A stretch of DNA of 64,000 nt, from NCBI RefSeq assembly GCF_044324875.1, contig NZ_CP172185.1. The stretch is one strand, 5' to 3'. Shown here piece by piece: positions 1-9,129 of this stretch; within the stretch, counting starts at the first letter, position 1; every line of letters starts with the position of its first letter. Both the position numbers and the translations under genes were made by a program. The notes under the pieces are model-generated. The model saw nothing but the letters and a program-made list of their open reading frames with translations, made no database searches and had not been told where the DNA came from. Source of the DNA: Escherichia coli. GTDB taxonomy: Bacteria > Pseudomonadota > Gammaproteobacteria > Enterobacterales > Enterobacteriaceae.

Positions 1-111
1 ATTGGGACCCCCTTTTGATTTCTTGTTTGACACTTGCAGTTGCCAGACCGCAAGGTGTTTTAACAAATCAAAAGGGGTTTTAATAACTGGCTCAAAGCTG
101 AAAGCTTTCCG

Positions 112-140
112 GAACCCCCAGCCTAGCTGGGGGTTTTCTG
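112..140 (+). terminator. Rho-independent terminator-like hairpin, probably 3' end of the upstream gene
   Basis: GC stem CCCCCAGC/GCTGGGGG followed by a T-run; position approximate. Confidence 0.4.
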
Positions 141-566
141 TGCACAATAAGTCCGGACTGCGGTAAATACCCATCCGGACTTATTGCCTGCTCAAACCAA
201 CGTTAATAGCCATCCTAAAATAGACGAAGCGCCAGCCAATTCCCGCAGCGCATCTAGTGTCATCAGGATTATAAATACCCAAATAAACGGATTCATTTTG
301 CTGTGTGTCATTTATTACTGATGCGCAGTTATTCTACCGCTTTGTAAGTAGTAAAATAGTTAACCCGATCAAGACTACTATTATTGGTAGCTAAATTTCC
401 CTTAAGTCACAATACGTTATTATCAACGCTGTAATTTATTCAGCGTTTGTACATATCGTTACACGCTGAAACCAACCACTCACGGAAGTCTGCCATTCCC
501 AGGGATATAGTTATTTCAACGGCCCCGCAGTGGGGTTAAATGAAAAAACAAATTGAGGGTATGACA

Positions 567-875
567 ATGAAAAAAGTATTAGCTCTGGTTGTTGCCGCTG
601 CTATGGGTCTGTCTTCTGCTGCCTTTGCTGCAGAGACTGCGACCACACCTGCTCCGACTGCGACGACCACCAAAGCAGCGCCGGCGAAAACCACACATCA
701 TAAAAAACAGCATAAAGCAGCACCTGCCCAGAAAGCGCAGGCGGCTAAAAAGCATCATAAAAATGCCAAAGCTGAACAGAAAGCTCCTGAACAAAAAGCG
801 CAGGCAGCGAAGAAACACGCCAAGAAACACAGCCATCAGCAACCGGCAAAACCTGCTGCACAACCCGCAGCGTAA
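567..875 (+). CDS. asr: acid shock protein Asr
   Basis: ORF 540-875; signal peptide then Ala/Lys/His-rich low-complexity protein matching remembered Asr; start moved to MKKVLAL. Confidence 0.9.
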   Translation: MKKVLALVVAAAMGLSSAAFAAETATTPAPTATTTKAAPAKTTHHKKQHKAAPAQKAQAAKKHHKNAKAEQKAPEQKAQAAKKHAKKHSHQQPAKPAAQPAA

Positions 876-967
876 GTTATCAATAGTAATGCTGGCGCGC
901 CCCCTCGCGCCTGAAAATTACGGTGCTAAGCGGATAACGTTTAGCACCGCCTTTAGCGGAGGGTAGT

Positions 968-1051
968 ATGGTGGGCCGTTATCGCTTTGAGTTCATTCTT
1001 ATCATCCTTATTTTATGCGCACTGATTGCCGCCCGTTTTTATCTTTCCTGA
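968..1051 (+). CDS. ydgU: small hydrophobic protein YdgU-like (27 codons)
   Basis: Hand-translated short ORF M(V)GRYRFEFILIILILCALIAARFYLS between asr and ydgD; below ORF-track size cutoff. Confidence 0.5.
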   Translation: MVGRYRFEFILIILILCALIAARFYLS

Positions 1052-1150
1052 TCGTAGTTATCTGATTTTACTCCCACTTTCATCCCGTCCCGTCTATAGT
1101 ATTTATGAGGGTTTGCTTTTAATAATCATAATTACCCACCAGAGTGTGAT

Positions 1151-1972
1151 ATGCGTACAACCATTGCTGTAGTGTTGGGTGCAATTAGTTTGACGTCTGC
1201 TTTTGTGTTTGCAGATAAACCAGACGTTGCCAAATCGGCAAACGATGAGGTCAGCACCCTGTTTTTTGGTCATGATGATCGTGTGCCAGTGAATGACACG
1301 ACCCAATCACCGTGGGATGCGGTTGGCCAACTGGAAACGGCCAGCGGCAATTTATGTACGGCGACGCTGATTGCACCCAATCTGGCATTAACGGCAGGAC
1401 ACTGTTTATTGACGCCGCCAAAGGGTAAAGCCGATAAAGCGGTGGCGCTGCGTTTTGTGTCAAATAAAGGTCTTTGGCGCTATGAGATCCACGACATAGA
1501 AGGCCGCGTTGACCCGACACTGGGAAAGCGGTTAAAAGCAGATGGGGATGGTTGGATTGTTCCTCCCGCAGCTGCGCCGTGGGACTTCGGTTTGATTGTG
1601 CTACGTAATCCCCCTTCTGGCATTACACCATTGCCGTTATTTGAGGGAGATAAAGCCGCGCTTACCGCCGCATTAAAAGCGGCAGGTCGTAAAGTGACTC
1701 AGGCGGGATACCCTGAAGATCATCTCGATACGTTGTACAGTCATCAAAACTGTGAAGTGACTGGCTGGGCGCAAACGTCGGTGATGTCGCATCAGTGCGA
1801 TACCTTGCCGGGTGACAGCGGTTCGCCTCTGATGTTGCATACCGATGACGGCTGGCAATTAATTGGGGTGCAAAGTTCGGCTCCTGCCGCGAAAGATCGC
1901 TGGCGCGCCGATAACCGGGCCATTTCTGTTACCGGTTTTCGCGACAGGCTGGATCAACTGTCGCAAAAATAA
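1151..1972 (+). CDS. ydgD: trypsin-like serine peptidase YdgD
   Basis: 273 aa; signal peptide; TAGHC and GDSGSP catalytic motifs. Confidence 0.85.
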   Translation: MRTTIAVVLGAISLTSAFVFADKPDVAKSANDEVSTLFFGHDDRVPVNDTTQSPWDAVGQLETASGNLCTATLIAPNLALTAGHCLLTPPKGKADKAVALRFVSNKGLWRYEIHDIEGRVDPTLGKRLKADGDGWIVPPAAAPWDFGLIVLRNPPSGITPLPLFEGDKAALTAALKAAGRKVTQAGYPEDHLDTLYSHQNCEVTGWAQTSVMSHQCDTLPGDSGSPLMLHTDDGWQLIGVQSSAPAAKDRWRADNRAISVTGFRDRLDQLSQK

Positions 1973-2010
1973 TGTTCAAACGCTGCCCGACAGCGCGGGC
2001 AGCGTGTTCA

Positions 2011-2340
2011 TCAGGCAAGTTTCACCATGATCATTCCAGCCAACAGCAAGACCAGGCCAATCCAGCCTTTACGATTTAACCGTTGACCAAACAAGATCCA
2101 ACCTGCGGCTAACGTGGCGGCAATACCAAACCCGCCCCACAATGCATAAGCGACAGACAAGTCGATCCCTTTAACGGCCTGAGAAAGCGCACTAAAGGCA
2201 GCCAGCACCGCCGCCAGAGAGAGCACGCCAAATATTTTGCGACGAAAGCCGTCAGAAAATTTCAAAAAAACGTTAGCAACGATTTCCAGCACGATTGCCA
2301 ATGCCAGCCAGGCGGCGTGAACCCATTCAAACTGCGCCAT
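2011..2340 (-). CDS. mdtI: spermidine export protein MdtI (SMR family)
   Basis: 109 aa four-helix SMR-type membrane protein; overlaps mdtJ. Confidence 0.9.
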
Positions 2341-2692
2341 GGTTCACCTCCAGTTCAGGTTTACGCGCTTTACGGGTACCTGATTTGATCAACACAATCC
2401 CGGCCACCAGGGTGGTTAACCCGGCAATTTTCATCAGCGATAAACTTTCGTCGAATAACAAAACGCTAAACAAGGTAATAAATAAAATACCGATACCTTC
2501 CCACAGCGCATAAGCCACGCCTAAGGCGATCTTTTTAACGGCGAAAGAGAGAAATATATACGACAGAGAAATCATCACCAGCATTAAAATAAAGCCGCCA
2601 TTTCCCTCACTGACGCTCGCCCATTTCATGGACAGCGTACCGGTAATTTCTGTAGCAATAGCCAGACCTAATAAAATCCAATAAATATACAT
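2327..2692 (-). CDS. mdtJ: spermidine export protein MdtJ (SMR family)
   Basis: 121 aa SMR-type membrane protein paired with mdtI. Confidence 0.9.
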
Positions 2693-3103
2693 TGTCCTTC
2701 TCCTGCAAGAGAATTATTTTAATTTTCGCTTAATTCAGCGAAACCAAAGTAAAGTGGTCAAGCTCCGCGCATGGCGCAAGCTTAGGCAGAAGTAAGGACT
2801 AAAGCGCGTTGCGCCAGTGTTGCTCACCTACGAGCAAGATAGTGGATGAGGTACGAAGATGGGTAAATGTAGAAAATAACGCCCTGAACAAATTGTCCAT
2901 AATATTACAATTATCCGCAGTGTTGCTTCTCGTCATCGCGGATGATAATTGTCCTCGGTAGTTGAACACGCCTGATTTGTATCATAGCTTAAGAATTAAC
3001 TCAAAATATTTTCACTTCTTTACCTGAGCGGTTTGATTTTCGTTATGATGACGGAGCGAAAAAGACATTATTATTAGCAAAGGAAGAAAAAACGGGGACA
3101 AGC

Positions 3104-3268
3104 ATGGCAAAGCCGATCATCACGCTCAATGGCCTAAAAATCGTCATTATGTTGGGAATGCTGGTCATTATTCTCTGCGGTATCCGTTTTGCCGCCGAGA
3201 TCATCGTGCCGTTTATTCTCGCATTATTTATTGCTGTTATATATAACTTATTTCACTTAACACATTGA
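3104..3268 (+). pseudogene. tqsA: tqsA 5' fragment (first ~45 codons of the AI-2 exporter), truncated by island insertion
   Basis: Translates [46 protein letters not shown] then runs into island sequence and stops after 9 more codons. Confidence 0.8.
3232..3240. repeat. attL core, left copy of the 9-bp direct repeat TGCTGTTAT
   Basis: Identical 9-mer at 18813-18821; tqsA reading frame continues across the two copies. Confidence 0.7.
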
Positions 3269-3310
3269 TTTAATTAAATAATTTACACTACAAAAAGTGC
3301 CAAAAATCGC

Positions 3311-3375
3311 AAATTAACTACACCATTAACTACACCGTTCGGCGCACTGTATGAAACAACGTGGAACAAATAGGC
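3311..3375. promoter_or_regulatory. attL-proximal arm repeats: 2x AACTACACC (11-bp period) and 2x GAAACAA/GGAACAA (10-bp period)
   Basis: Direct repeats read from sequence; related repeats near attR; approximate coordinates. Confidence 0.5.
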
Positions 3376-3554
3376 ACAAGAAATATAAAGGCGGGTAATT
3401 TTTAGGGGGCGTTAATGTCGATATGGGGATCCACATATCGAGATTGATACCTGGCTTTTTTTCCGGTTAACCTTTAATCAGGCTGGTGGGCTTTACCTGT
3501 TCTGTAGGAGTGGTCATTATGACCATTCAGCCAATGACCTTAATCAGAATTTTT

Positions 3555-3582
3555 CGCTAAAAAATGACGTTGGCCACGTCAT
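3555..3582 (-). terminator. Rho-independent terminator at the end of the island leftward operon
   Basis: On minus strand: stem ATGACGT/ACGTCAT with 5-nt loop followed by UUUUUU; downstream of last island gene. Confidence 0.55.
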
Positions 3583-3652
3583 CCGGAAAGCACAAAATCA
3601 CGTCGATTTTTAATGGATGGTTAAACCGTCTTTATCTCGATGTCCGTACGTA

Positions 3653-3943
3653 TTACGTACGCAGTCGTTCCGGCTTCTTCCAGTGGTACGTATTTTTCGC
3701 GCTCTCCCTCCGTTGTTGAGAACGGCGACGGTATGCCAGCAACTCAAGGACTCTTGTTCGTATGTTGCGCATATCCACGCCGTTAAGCTCAATACCATCA
3801 CGGCGCATCACCTCCGCAACAACACGCACATAATTTTCGGCGGTCACGCTGTCCGGCTGCGTGGCCTGTTCGTCATGCTGCTGGCTGATTCCGGTAACGC
3901 GGCGGATTAATCCCAGTAGTTCGGCTTCGCTCATTCTCGTCAT
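3653..3943 (-). CDS. hypothetical protein, last gene of packaging operon
   Basis: 96 aa ORF; start overlaps terL stop by 4 bp (translational coupling); no recognisable motif. Confidence 0.55.
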   Translation of the reverse strand: MTRMSEAELLGLIRRVTGISQQHDEQATQPDSVTAENYVRVVAEVMRRDGIELNGVDMRNIRTRVLELLAYRRRSQQRRESAKNTYHWKKPERLRT

Positions 3944-5601
3944 ACCCCATCAAACGCCGCAAGCCGCTCTTTGTGGCTGTCGCTCATATCGAATGCAAAT
4001 TCCTCATGCTCTGCCTGGAATGTGCCAAACGCCATCAGCGCCGCAACGCTCGGGTCTATCTTGTTGGATGATTTTTTCTTGTTCGGCTTGATATTGGCGT
4101 TCGCGTCACTCTGCATCACAACATTACTCATTGACCAGGCCAGCACCGGATCACCACGATGCACAATCACCTTCCGGTTAACAAAAACTTCGAACGATTT
4201 CGCCGCCGGACTGAAACGAAGGTATGTTTGCGGGAACGGCTCCACCTCAAATCCCGCCCCCTGTAGCTGTGTTCTCAGGTGAGTGGCGTTCCATGTATCG
4301 AAGCCCACCAGCCTGATACTGAAATTCTCTGCATCCGCCATGATGTCATCACGGATACGGTCATAATCAATGCAGTCACCCGGTGTTGTGCGTATCCAGC
4401 CAGCCTTTACCCACTGGCGATAGATGGCGCGGTTTTTATTGGCGGGGTTCTGTAGCTGAAATTCCGGCAGATAGTGACGGGAAACCAGCATAATTTTTTT
4501 ACCGACCGGGAAGGCATAGCACACGCTGGAAATATCGCTGGTTGATGATAAGTCCAGCCCCGCGTAGCACTCCTGCCCGTATAAATCCGCCTCCGCGAAC
4601 GTTCCGGCGCACTCCGCCCATGCACCGTTACCCATCCACGGCGTAGCCCCCTGACACCAGATATTGAATCGCTTGGTGAGCATTTCCACCCACTGCGACG
4701 GAATACCCCGCGCTTTCTGGATGGTTGAGGCCAGTTTTTCACGATCGACGGAAACATCGATATTGGGATTCGCCTTTATCCACATCGCCGGATCGTCAAC
4801 CTCGCTTTCATCATCCAGCTCGTAAATCAGCACGAACATGGATTCGTTCACCTCTTCACCATCCAGTATCTGGCAGCAATAGTCATAGTGTTGTTTACAG
4901 GCTGAAACAACGTTGCTCCCCGATGTGGTGATGGCAAATAACAGCCCCTCCGGACGCGCCCCCATTCCCAGCTCAAGCGCGGAATAAACCCCGTTGTCAG
5001 GGTGCAGGTGATATTCATCCACAATGGCAAGACTCGGGTTTGTACCTTCAATGGTTGCCGCTTTTGCTGCCAGTGGCTTTAACAGGCTGTTGGTTTTCGC
5101 GTGTATCACCTTGTGTGCCTGAATATTTACCCGCTTTCGTAACGGTCGGGATAAAAGGCACATCTGACGCGCATCATCAAACACGATCCGCGCCTGATCA
5201 CGACTCACGGCGGCGGTGTAAATATCCTGCTGCCCGTTTTCCATAACCAGAAACCAGTTAGCCAGGATAGCGGCGACCGTGGATTTGGCATTTTTTCGCG
5301 GTACTTCAATGAATGCGCTGGTGTATTTGCGCCGTCCGGTGGCCTTAACCTTAAAGCCCAGGATGCACGCAAAGGCGAACTGCTGCCACGGCTCCAGCTC
5401 AATGGGGCTACCGCGCATTGCGCCTTTTACGTGCGGACACACCCTGGAAAAGGCAATAAACCGCTCCACGACCTCCGGATCGAACGTGTAAAGGGGGTTT
5501 TCAAGGTCAGAAAAATACCGTTTAACAGCCTGTTTCAGTCGTTTACAGGCCGTAATTTTGCCGTTTTTTACGCCTTCTGCGTACTCATGCCAGGCGGTCA
5601 A
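3940..5601 (-). CDS. terL: terminase large subunit
   Basis: 553 aa; ATPase N-terminal region and nuclease C-terminal region typical of phage TerL; adjacent to TerS and HNH. Confidence 0.85.
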   Translation of the reverse strand: MTAWHEYAEGVKNGKITACKRLKQAVKRYFSDLENPLYTFDPEVVERFIAFSRVCPHVKGAMRGSPIELEPWQQFAFACILGFKVKATGRRKYTSAFIEVPRKNAKSTVAAILANWFLVMENGQQDIYTAAVSRDQARIVFDDARQMCLLSRPLRKRVNIQAHKVIHAKTNSLLKPLAAKAATIEGTNPSLAIVDEYHLHPDNGVYSALELGMGARPEGLLFAITTSGSNVVSACKQHYDYCCQILDGEEVNESMFVLIYELDDESEVDDPAMWIKANPNIDVSVDREKLASTIQKARGIPSQWVEMLTKRFNIWCQGATPWMGNGAWAECAGTFAEADLYGQECYAGLDLSSTSDISSVCYAFPVGKKIMLVSRHYLPEFQLQNPANKNRAIYRQWVKAGWIRTTPGDCIDYDRIRDDIMADAENFSIRLVGFDTWNATHLRTQLQGAGFEVEPFPQTYLRFSPAAKSFEVFVNRKVIVHRGDPVLAWSMSNVVMQSDANANIKPNKKKSSNKIDPSVAALMAFGTFQAEHEEFAFDMSDSHKERLAAFDGV

Positions 5602-5941
5602 GCTCGTCCTCTTCCTCTGTTTCCGGTGGATTTCTGCGGCGGCTTACCGGGTCAAAACCCAGCAAAGAAGCCATTTTGATCATTATTCTTTCCGCGTCAG
5701 CCTTTGCGCTCAGGGCGGGGTTTCTGCTCTCGCTGCCCTGACTGTTAACAATGCTGAACCCGCGCGTGGCAAGGTCTTCGACGGCTTTGCGGTATATGGA
5801 GTAGTTAACGCAATACAGCTCCAGATTGCTCCAGTCGGCGGGAGTAAGGTCTTCCCGTCCGGAAAGCTGGCGCGATTTTTCCTTCCACTGCCTGACCGCG
5901 ATTTCATCCAGGTAAGCGGGGGCTTTTGGTGGTCTTGCCAT
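5585..5941 (-). CDS. terS: terminase small subunit (P27-family-like)
   Basis: ORF 5585-5986; likely start MARPPKAPAYL; small basic DNA-binding protein immediately upstream of terL with overlapping stop/start. Confidence 0.7.
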   Translation of the reverse strand: MARPPKAPAYLDEIAVRQWKEKSRQLSGREDLTPADWSNLELYCVNYSIYRKAVEDLATRGFSIVNSQGSESRNPALSAKADAERIMIKMASLLGFDPVSRRRNPPETEEEDELDRLA

Positions 5942-6064
5942 GTTCTTTTTTCGCCCAATTATTTTCAAAAAAATTCCCGTGCACAAAAATTTGAGCAGGC
6001 GGTCGGTTCTGGGCGGGGTCGGGTTCGTCCTGAAAACTCCCCCCCACCCCGTCCGGCTGCCTCA

Positions 6065-6247
6065 TCAGCGATTGCGGAAACATTCCATAACCTCGCGGTC
6101 ACGGTCGTTTAATCGCGTCGCTGTGATGCGTTCTGCGCGTCCTGATGCTTTATCTTTATGCCCTGTTTCCTGTGCCTTCCATGCGTCACGCTGCCTTATC
6201 AGTCCACGAATAAGGCTGTTTTGTTCCCGTTCATTCATCAGCGTCAT
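6065..6247 (-). CDS. small hypothetical protein between HNH and terS
   Basis: Internal start MTLMNE of ORF 6065-6481, fills the gap between HNH and terS; no similarity recognised. Confidence 0.3.
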   Translation of the reverse strand: MTLMNEREQNSLIRGLIRQRDAWKAQETGHKDKASGRAERITATRLNDRDREVMECFRNR

Positions 6248-6671
6248 ACATCCAGTTATTGCGGTTGGCTGCCCGTTCTTCCTCCTCACGGAATCCGCCA
6301 ACTGCACGCTTGTTTTTTGTGGCCGGATCAAGCCATTTCGTTTTCTGGTTATGACACGCCTGACACAATGGCTGATGATTCCACTCAGGCCAGAAGAGAA
6401 CATCATTACCGCCATCGATGGGGATAATGTGATCCACCACCACGGCGGGCGTGTATATTCCTTTTTCCAGGCAATGCGCACATAACGGGTTTTTACTCAG
6501 GTACATAGCGCGGTATTTCTCCCACTGCCTCGTATACCCTCGCTCCCTGCTGCTGCCTCTCCGGCTGTCCTGCTGCTGGCGTGCGCTGCGTCTGTGCTCC
6601 TCACACTTGCCGGACTTCACGCGCCTGTTGCAGCCTGGTTGTGTGCATCGTCTCAATGGTTGCCACGGCAT
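6231..6671 (-). CDS. HNH endonuclease (packaging-associated)
   Basis: 146 aa; Cys-rich with HNH-type His/Asn motif (DHIIPIDGGND...NHQPLCQACHNQK); directly upstream of terS as in HNH-dependent cos packaging systems. Confidence 0.8.
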   Translation of the reverse strand: MPWQPLRRCTQPGCNRRVKSGKCEEHRRSARQQQDSRRGSSRERGYTRQWEKYRAMYLSKNPLCAHCLEKGIYTPAVVVDHIIPIDGGNDVLFWPEWNHQPLCQACHNQKTKWLDPATKNKRAVGGFREEEERAANRNNWMYDADE

Positions 6672-6967
6672 CAGTACACCCCCACATCACGATAAACCGA
6701 CCAGAGCGCGGAAATCGTCAGGGGAATTTCTTTTGTATCGGTATCGCCAAGCGTTGTCCGGTACTCGTACAGTTGCGAGATGTACATCAGGCAACCAATT
6801 TTTATTGCAGGGGTAAATTCCAGGCCGTCATCAAAACGCCTGCCAATATGCTTCTGGCATACCTCCAGCGCCGCGCTTATGTATGCCTGAATCAGTGTGT
6901 CTTCTGTGTTACCATCTATGCGGCAGTGAAGTTTGGCCTCTTCCAGGGTTATTTTTTCTGCTGTCAT
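6671..6967 (-). CDS. head-tail connector protein (gp6-like)
   Basis: 98 aa; size, position and sequence pattern of phage gp6-like connector proteins. Confidence 0.6.
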   Translation of the reverse strand: MTAEKITLEEAKLHCRIDGNTEDTLIQAYISAALEVCQKHIGRRFDDGLEFTPAIKIGCLMYISQLYEYRTTLGDTDTKEIPLTISALWSVYRDVGVY

Positions 6968-7302
6968 TTTTCTGTACCCACCTTTGCCAGAATTTCCAGC
7001 CGGGTTCTTTTCGCATCAGGTAAGGGGATCCCGATGATATTAAGCGTGCTCCCGGCAAAAGCGCCGGTAAGCACTTTCAGGCGACTGGCGGCGGATATGT
7101 CGCCACGATAGCGAACCCATACCCGAATCGTTGCAGGTGCGGTTTCTGCGCCTGCGGTCAGTAATTCCCGTCCGCTGATCCCCTTGACCTCTGCCCAGAT
7201 GGTTTCCCCTTCCGTCCATATCTGCTGGATCGCACCTGACGGCAGGCGCTGTGTGGTAAATGTCATAATCGTCACCCGGTCCCGCATCTTTCCGGCTATC
7301 AT
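6964..7302 (-). CDS. head closure / head-tail adaptor protein
   Basis: 112 aa; position next to portal and connector; overlapping stop/start with neighbours. Confidence 0.55.
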   Translation of the reverse strand: MIAGKMRDRVTIMTFTTQRLPSGAIQQIWTEGETIWAEVKGISGRELLTAGAETAPATIRVWVRYRGDISAASRLKVLTGAFAGSTLNIIGIPLPDAKRTRLEILAKVGTEK

Positions 7303-8516
7303 TCGTCACCGCCCTTACTGTTCTTGCTGATTGTCACTTCCTGCTTCCATGCCTGGCTGAACTCGTCGCCACCTTCACGCGGCGGCATTCCCTCACGCTC
7401 ACGGGCTTCGTTCGGATTGATGATCCCGTTCTTAATCCCTTTCTCATACGTGGCGTAACGTTCGGTAGGGGTGGCGCGTAATAAATCGGCTGAATCAAAC
7501 TCAACCAGATAACGGGTACCAGGTACGGGAGAAGCCACCAGCAAAGCAGCCTTGATTTGCTGTTCGAAGTTCGCCAGCCACGGGCGCATTGTCATGGTCA
7601 GAAACGCGCGGCTTGCCTCACTGAAATTGCTGTAGGTGCTGTTGCTGTATTCCTGCAAAAAAATCGGCGAGACGTTGAACATTCGGGCGATGTCTTCAAT
7701 GGTAAAGCGACGGGAGGCCAGCCATTCAGCATCCTGATTACTCATGCCCAGCTGCTGATAGCTCATACCCCCTTCAAGGATGGGCGTTTTTCCGGCGTTT
7801 CTGGCCCCTTTGTAGCGTTCCAGTGCGGCTAATGCCTGTTTGCCCTTCACGCCGTCCAGCCATTCGCCTGACGTGATAACCCCTGCCGCCATCATGCCAT
7901 CACGCATCACGCTCGCGCCGTGGCGTTGTTGGGCCAGCCCAAGCCCCAGCGATTCGCGGCAGATGGTTACAGGTGAGCGCCCCATAAAGCCGTCATCCGT
8001 GGAGTAACGAAGGTGGAGAACCTCCCACGGTAAATAGTTGCGGGTGTTTCCGGTGTAGGCGTCAGTGATGCAGTAGCGCCAGTTATGCTCACCTGTCTGC
8101 TCCACGTTCACCGACTGCGGCGGGTAAGGATGTAAAGCCACCGGAAAACCATCACGCCCCCACTGAATAACCGCATAAGCATTACCGTTTAACAGGCAGT
8201 GGCGGATCATCATTCGCTTAAACTGGTAGGGGGTTTGCCATGCGTTCGGGCGCTCGTTGAGGATGTGATCGACCGGATGAGAATCAAGCCACTCGCGGGC
8301 CTCCTTCCCCTTCTCATTGCGTACCAGGTACAGGTAACACGGCATGGTAGCCACCGCCTCAGAGATGACCGTCACGGCGTTCATGACGGCGGGCAGTGAT
8401 TCCGCTGTCCCCGATGATACGTACTCACCCGCCCCCGTGTTCGATGTGCCCGCCAGCGCCATAAATTCATCAAGCGTCATGCTGCGCTGCTCTTTTTTTC
8501 TTCTGAAAAGCCACAT
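7299..8516 (-). CDS. portal protein (HK97 family)
   Basis: 405 aa; portal-like sequence; immediately followed by prohead protease. Confidence 0.8.
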   Translation of the reverse strand: MWLFRRKKEQRSMTLDEFMALAGTSNTGAGEYVSSGTAESLPAVMNAVTVISEAVATMPCYLYLVRNEKGKEAREWLDSHPVDHILNERPNAWQTPYQFKRMMIRHCLLNGNAYAVIQWGRDGFPVALHPYPPQSVNVEQTGEHNWRYCITDAYTGNTRNYLPWEVLHLRYSTDDGFMGRSPVTICRESLGLGLAQQRHGASVMRDGMMAAGVITSGEWLDGVKGKQALAALERYKGARNAGKTPILEGGMSYQQLGMSNQDAEWLASRRFTIEDIARMFNVSPIFLQEYSNSTYSNFSEASRAFLTMTMRPWLANFEQQIKAALLVASPVPGTRYLVEFDSADLLRATPTERYATYEKGIKNGIINPNEAREREGMPPREGGDEFSQAWKQEVTISKNSKGGDE

Positions 8517-8517
8517 A

Positions 8518-9090
8518 TCACACCCCCGCTAAATCCACCCACCAGCGGCGATTATCCGCACGCGGCATTTTTTCGGGGTGCTGCTCATACAGGGAACGGC
8601 GGGCCAGCTCCACGCCAGAATCGGGGTAAGCCGGTACCGATGTAACGGTAATTTCGTACAGTTCCGCCACCAGCACGGTACGAACGCATGGATCTGTTGT
8701 GGTATCCCATACATCCTTACGGGAGCGAAAGCCAAAGCTCATGCCGGATATATCACCGCGTTTAACCAGTTCGATAACGTCGCGCCCTGTACTGGTATCC
8801 GGTGGGGTCAGTTCAAAGCGTAACCCTGTTTCGTCCTCTTCCAGTTTCAGCGTGCCGGAACGGGTGCGCCCCAGTAACATGCTGTGGTCATGCTCATACA
8901 GGCCGCGAACGTCATTACCCGCCGCAAGCCATTCAGTAAACGCCCCCCGCTGGAATTTTTCGTAAAACTCACCCCATAACAGTTCTGAAAGCTTATCCCA
9001 GCGAACAACGTAGCCCGTCAGCGTACCGGCTCCGCTCGTGGTGATTTCCGATGACCGGATTTCCATACTCTTCATAATTTTTTCACCCAT
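8518..9090 (-). CDS. prohead protease (HK97 family, S78-like)
   Basis: 190 aa; typical HK97 prohead protease N-terminal pattern; between capsid and portal genes. Confidence 0.8.
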   Translation of the reverse strand: MGEKIMKSMEIRSSEITTSGAGTLTGYVVRWDKLSELLWGEFYEKFQRGAFTEWLAAGNDVRGLYEHDHSMLLGRTRSGTLKLEEDETGLRFELTPPDTSTGRDVIELVKRGDISGMSFGFRSRKDVWDTTTDPCVRTVLVAELYEITVTSVPAYPDSGVELARRSLYEQHPEKMPRADNRRWWVDLAGV

Positions 9091-9129
9091 AAAACACTAA
9101 AGGGGCTTTTAAGCCCCTTCTGTATGCTG

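Noticed and set aside
8-77. Long-range inverted repeat (CCCCTTTTGATT ... AATCAAAAGGGG) at the window start
   Set aside because: Truncated by the window edge so context is missing; could be a terminator or REP-like element of the upstream gene, cannot be assessed.
5558-7111. Plus-strand ORFs (184, 181 and 176 aa) overlapping terS, HNH and head-completion genes
   Set aside because: Antisense to a contiguous, translationally coupled minus-strand operon with clear phage-protein features; the translations are Cys/Arg-rich noise.
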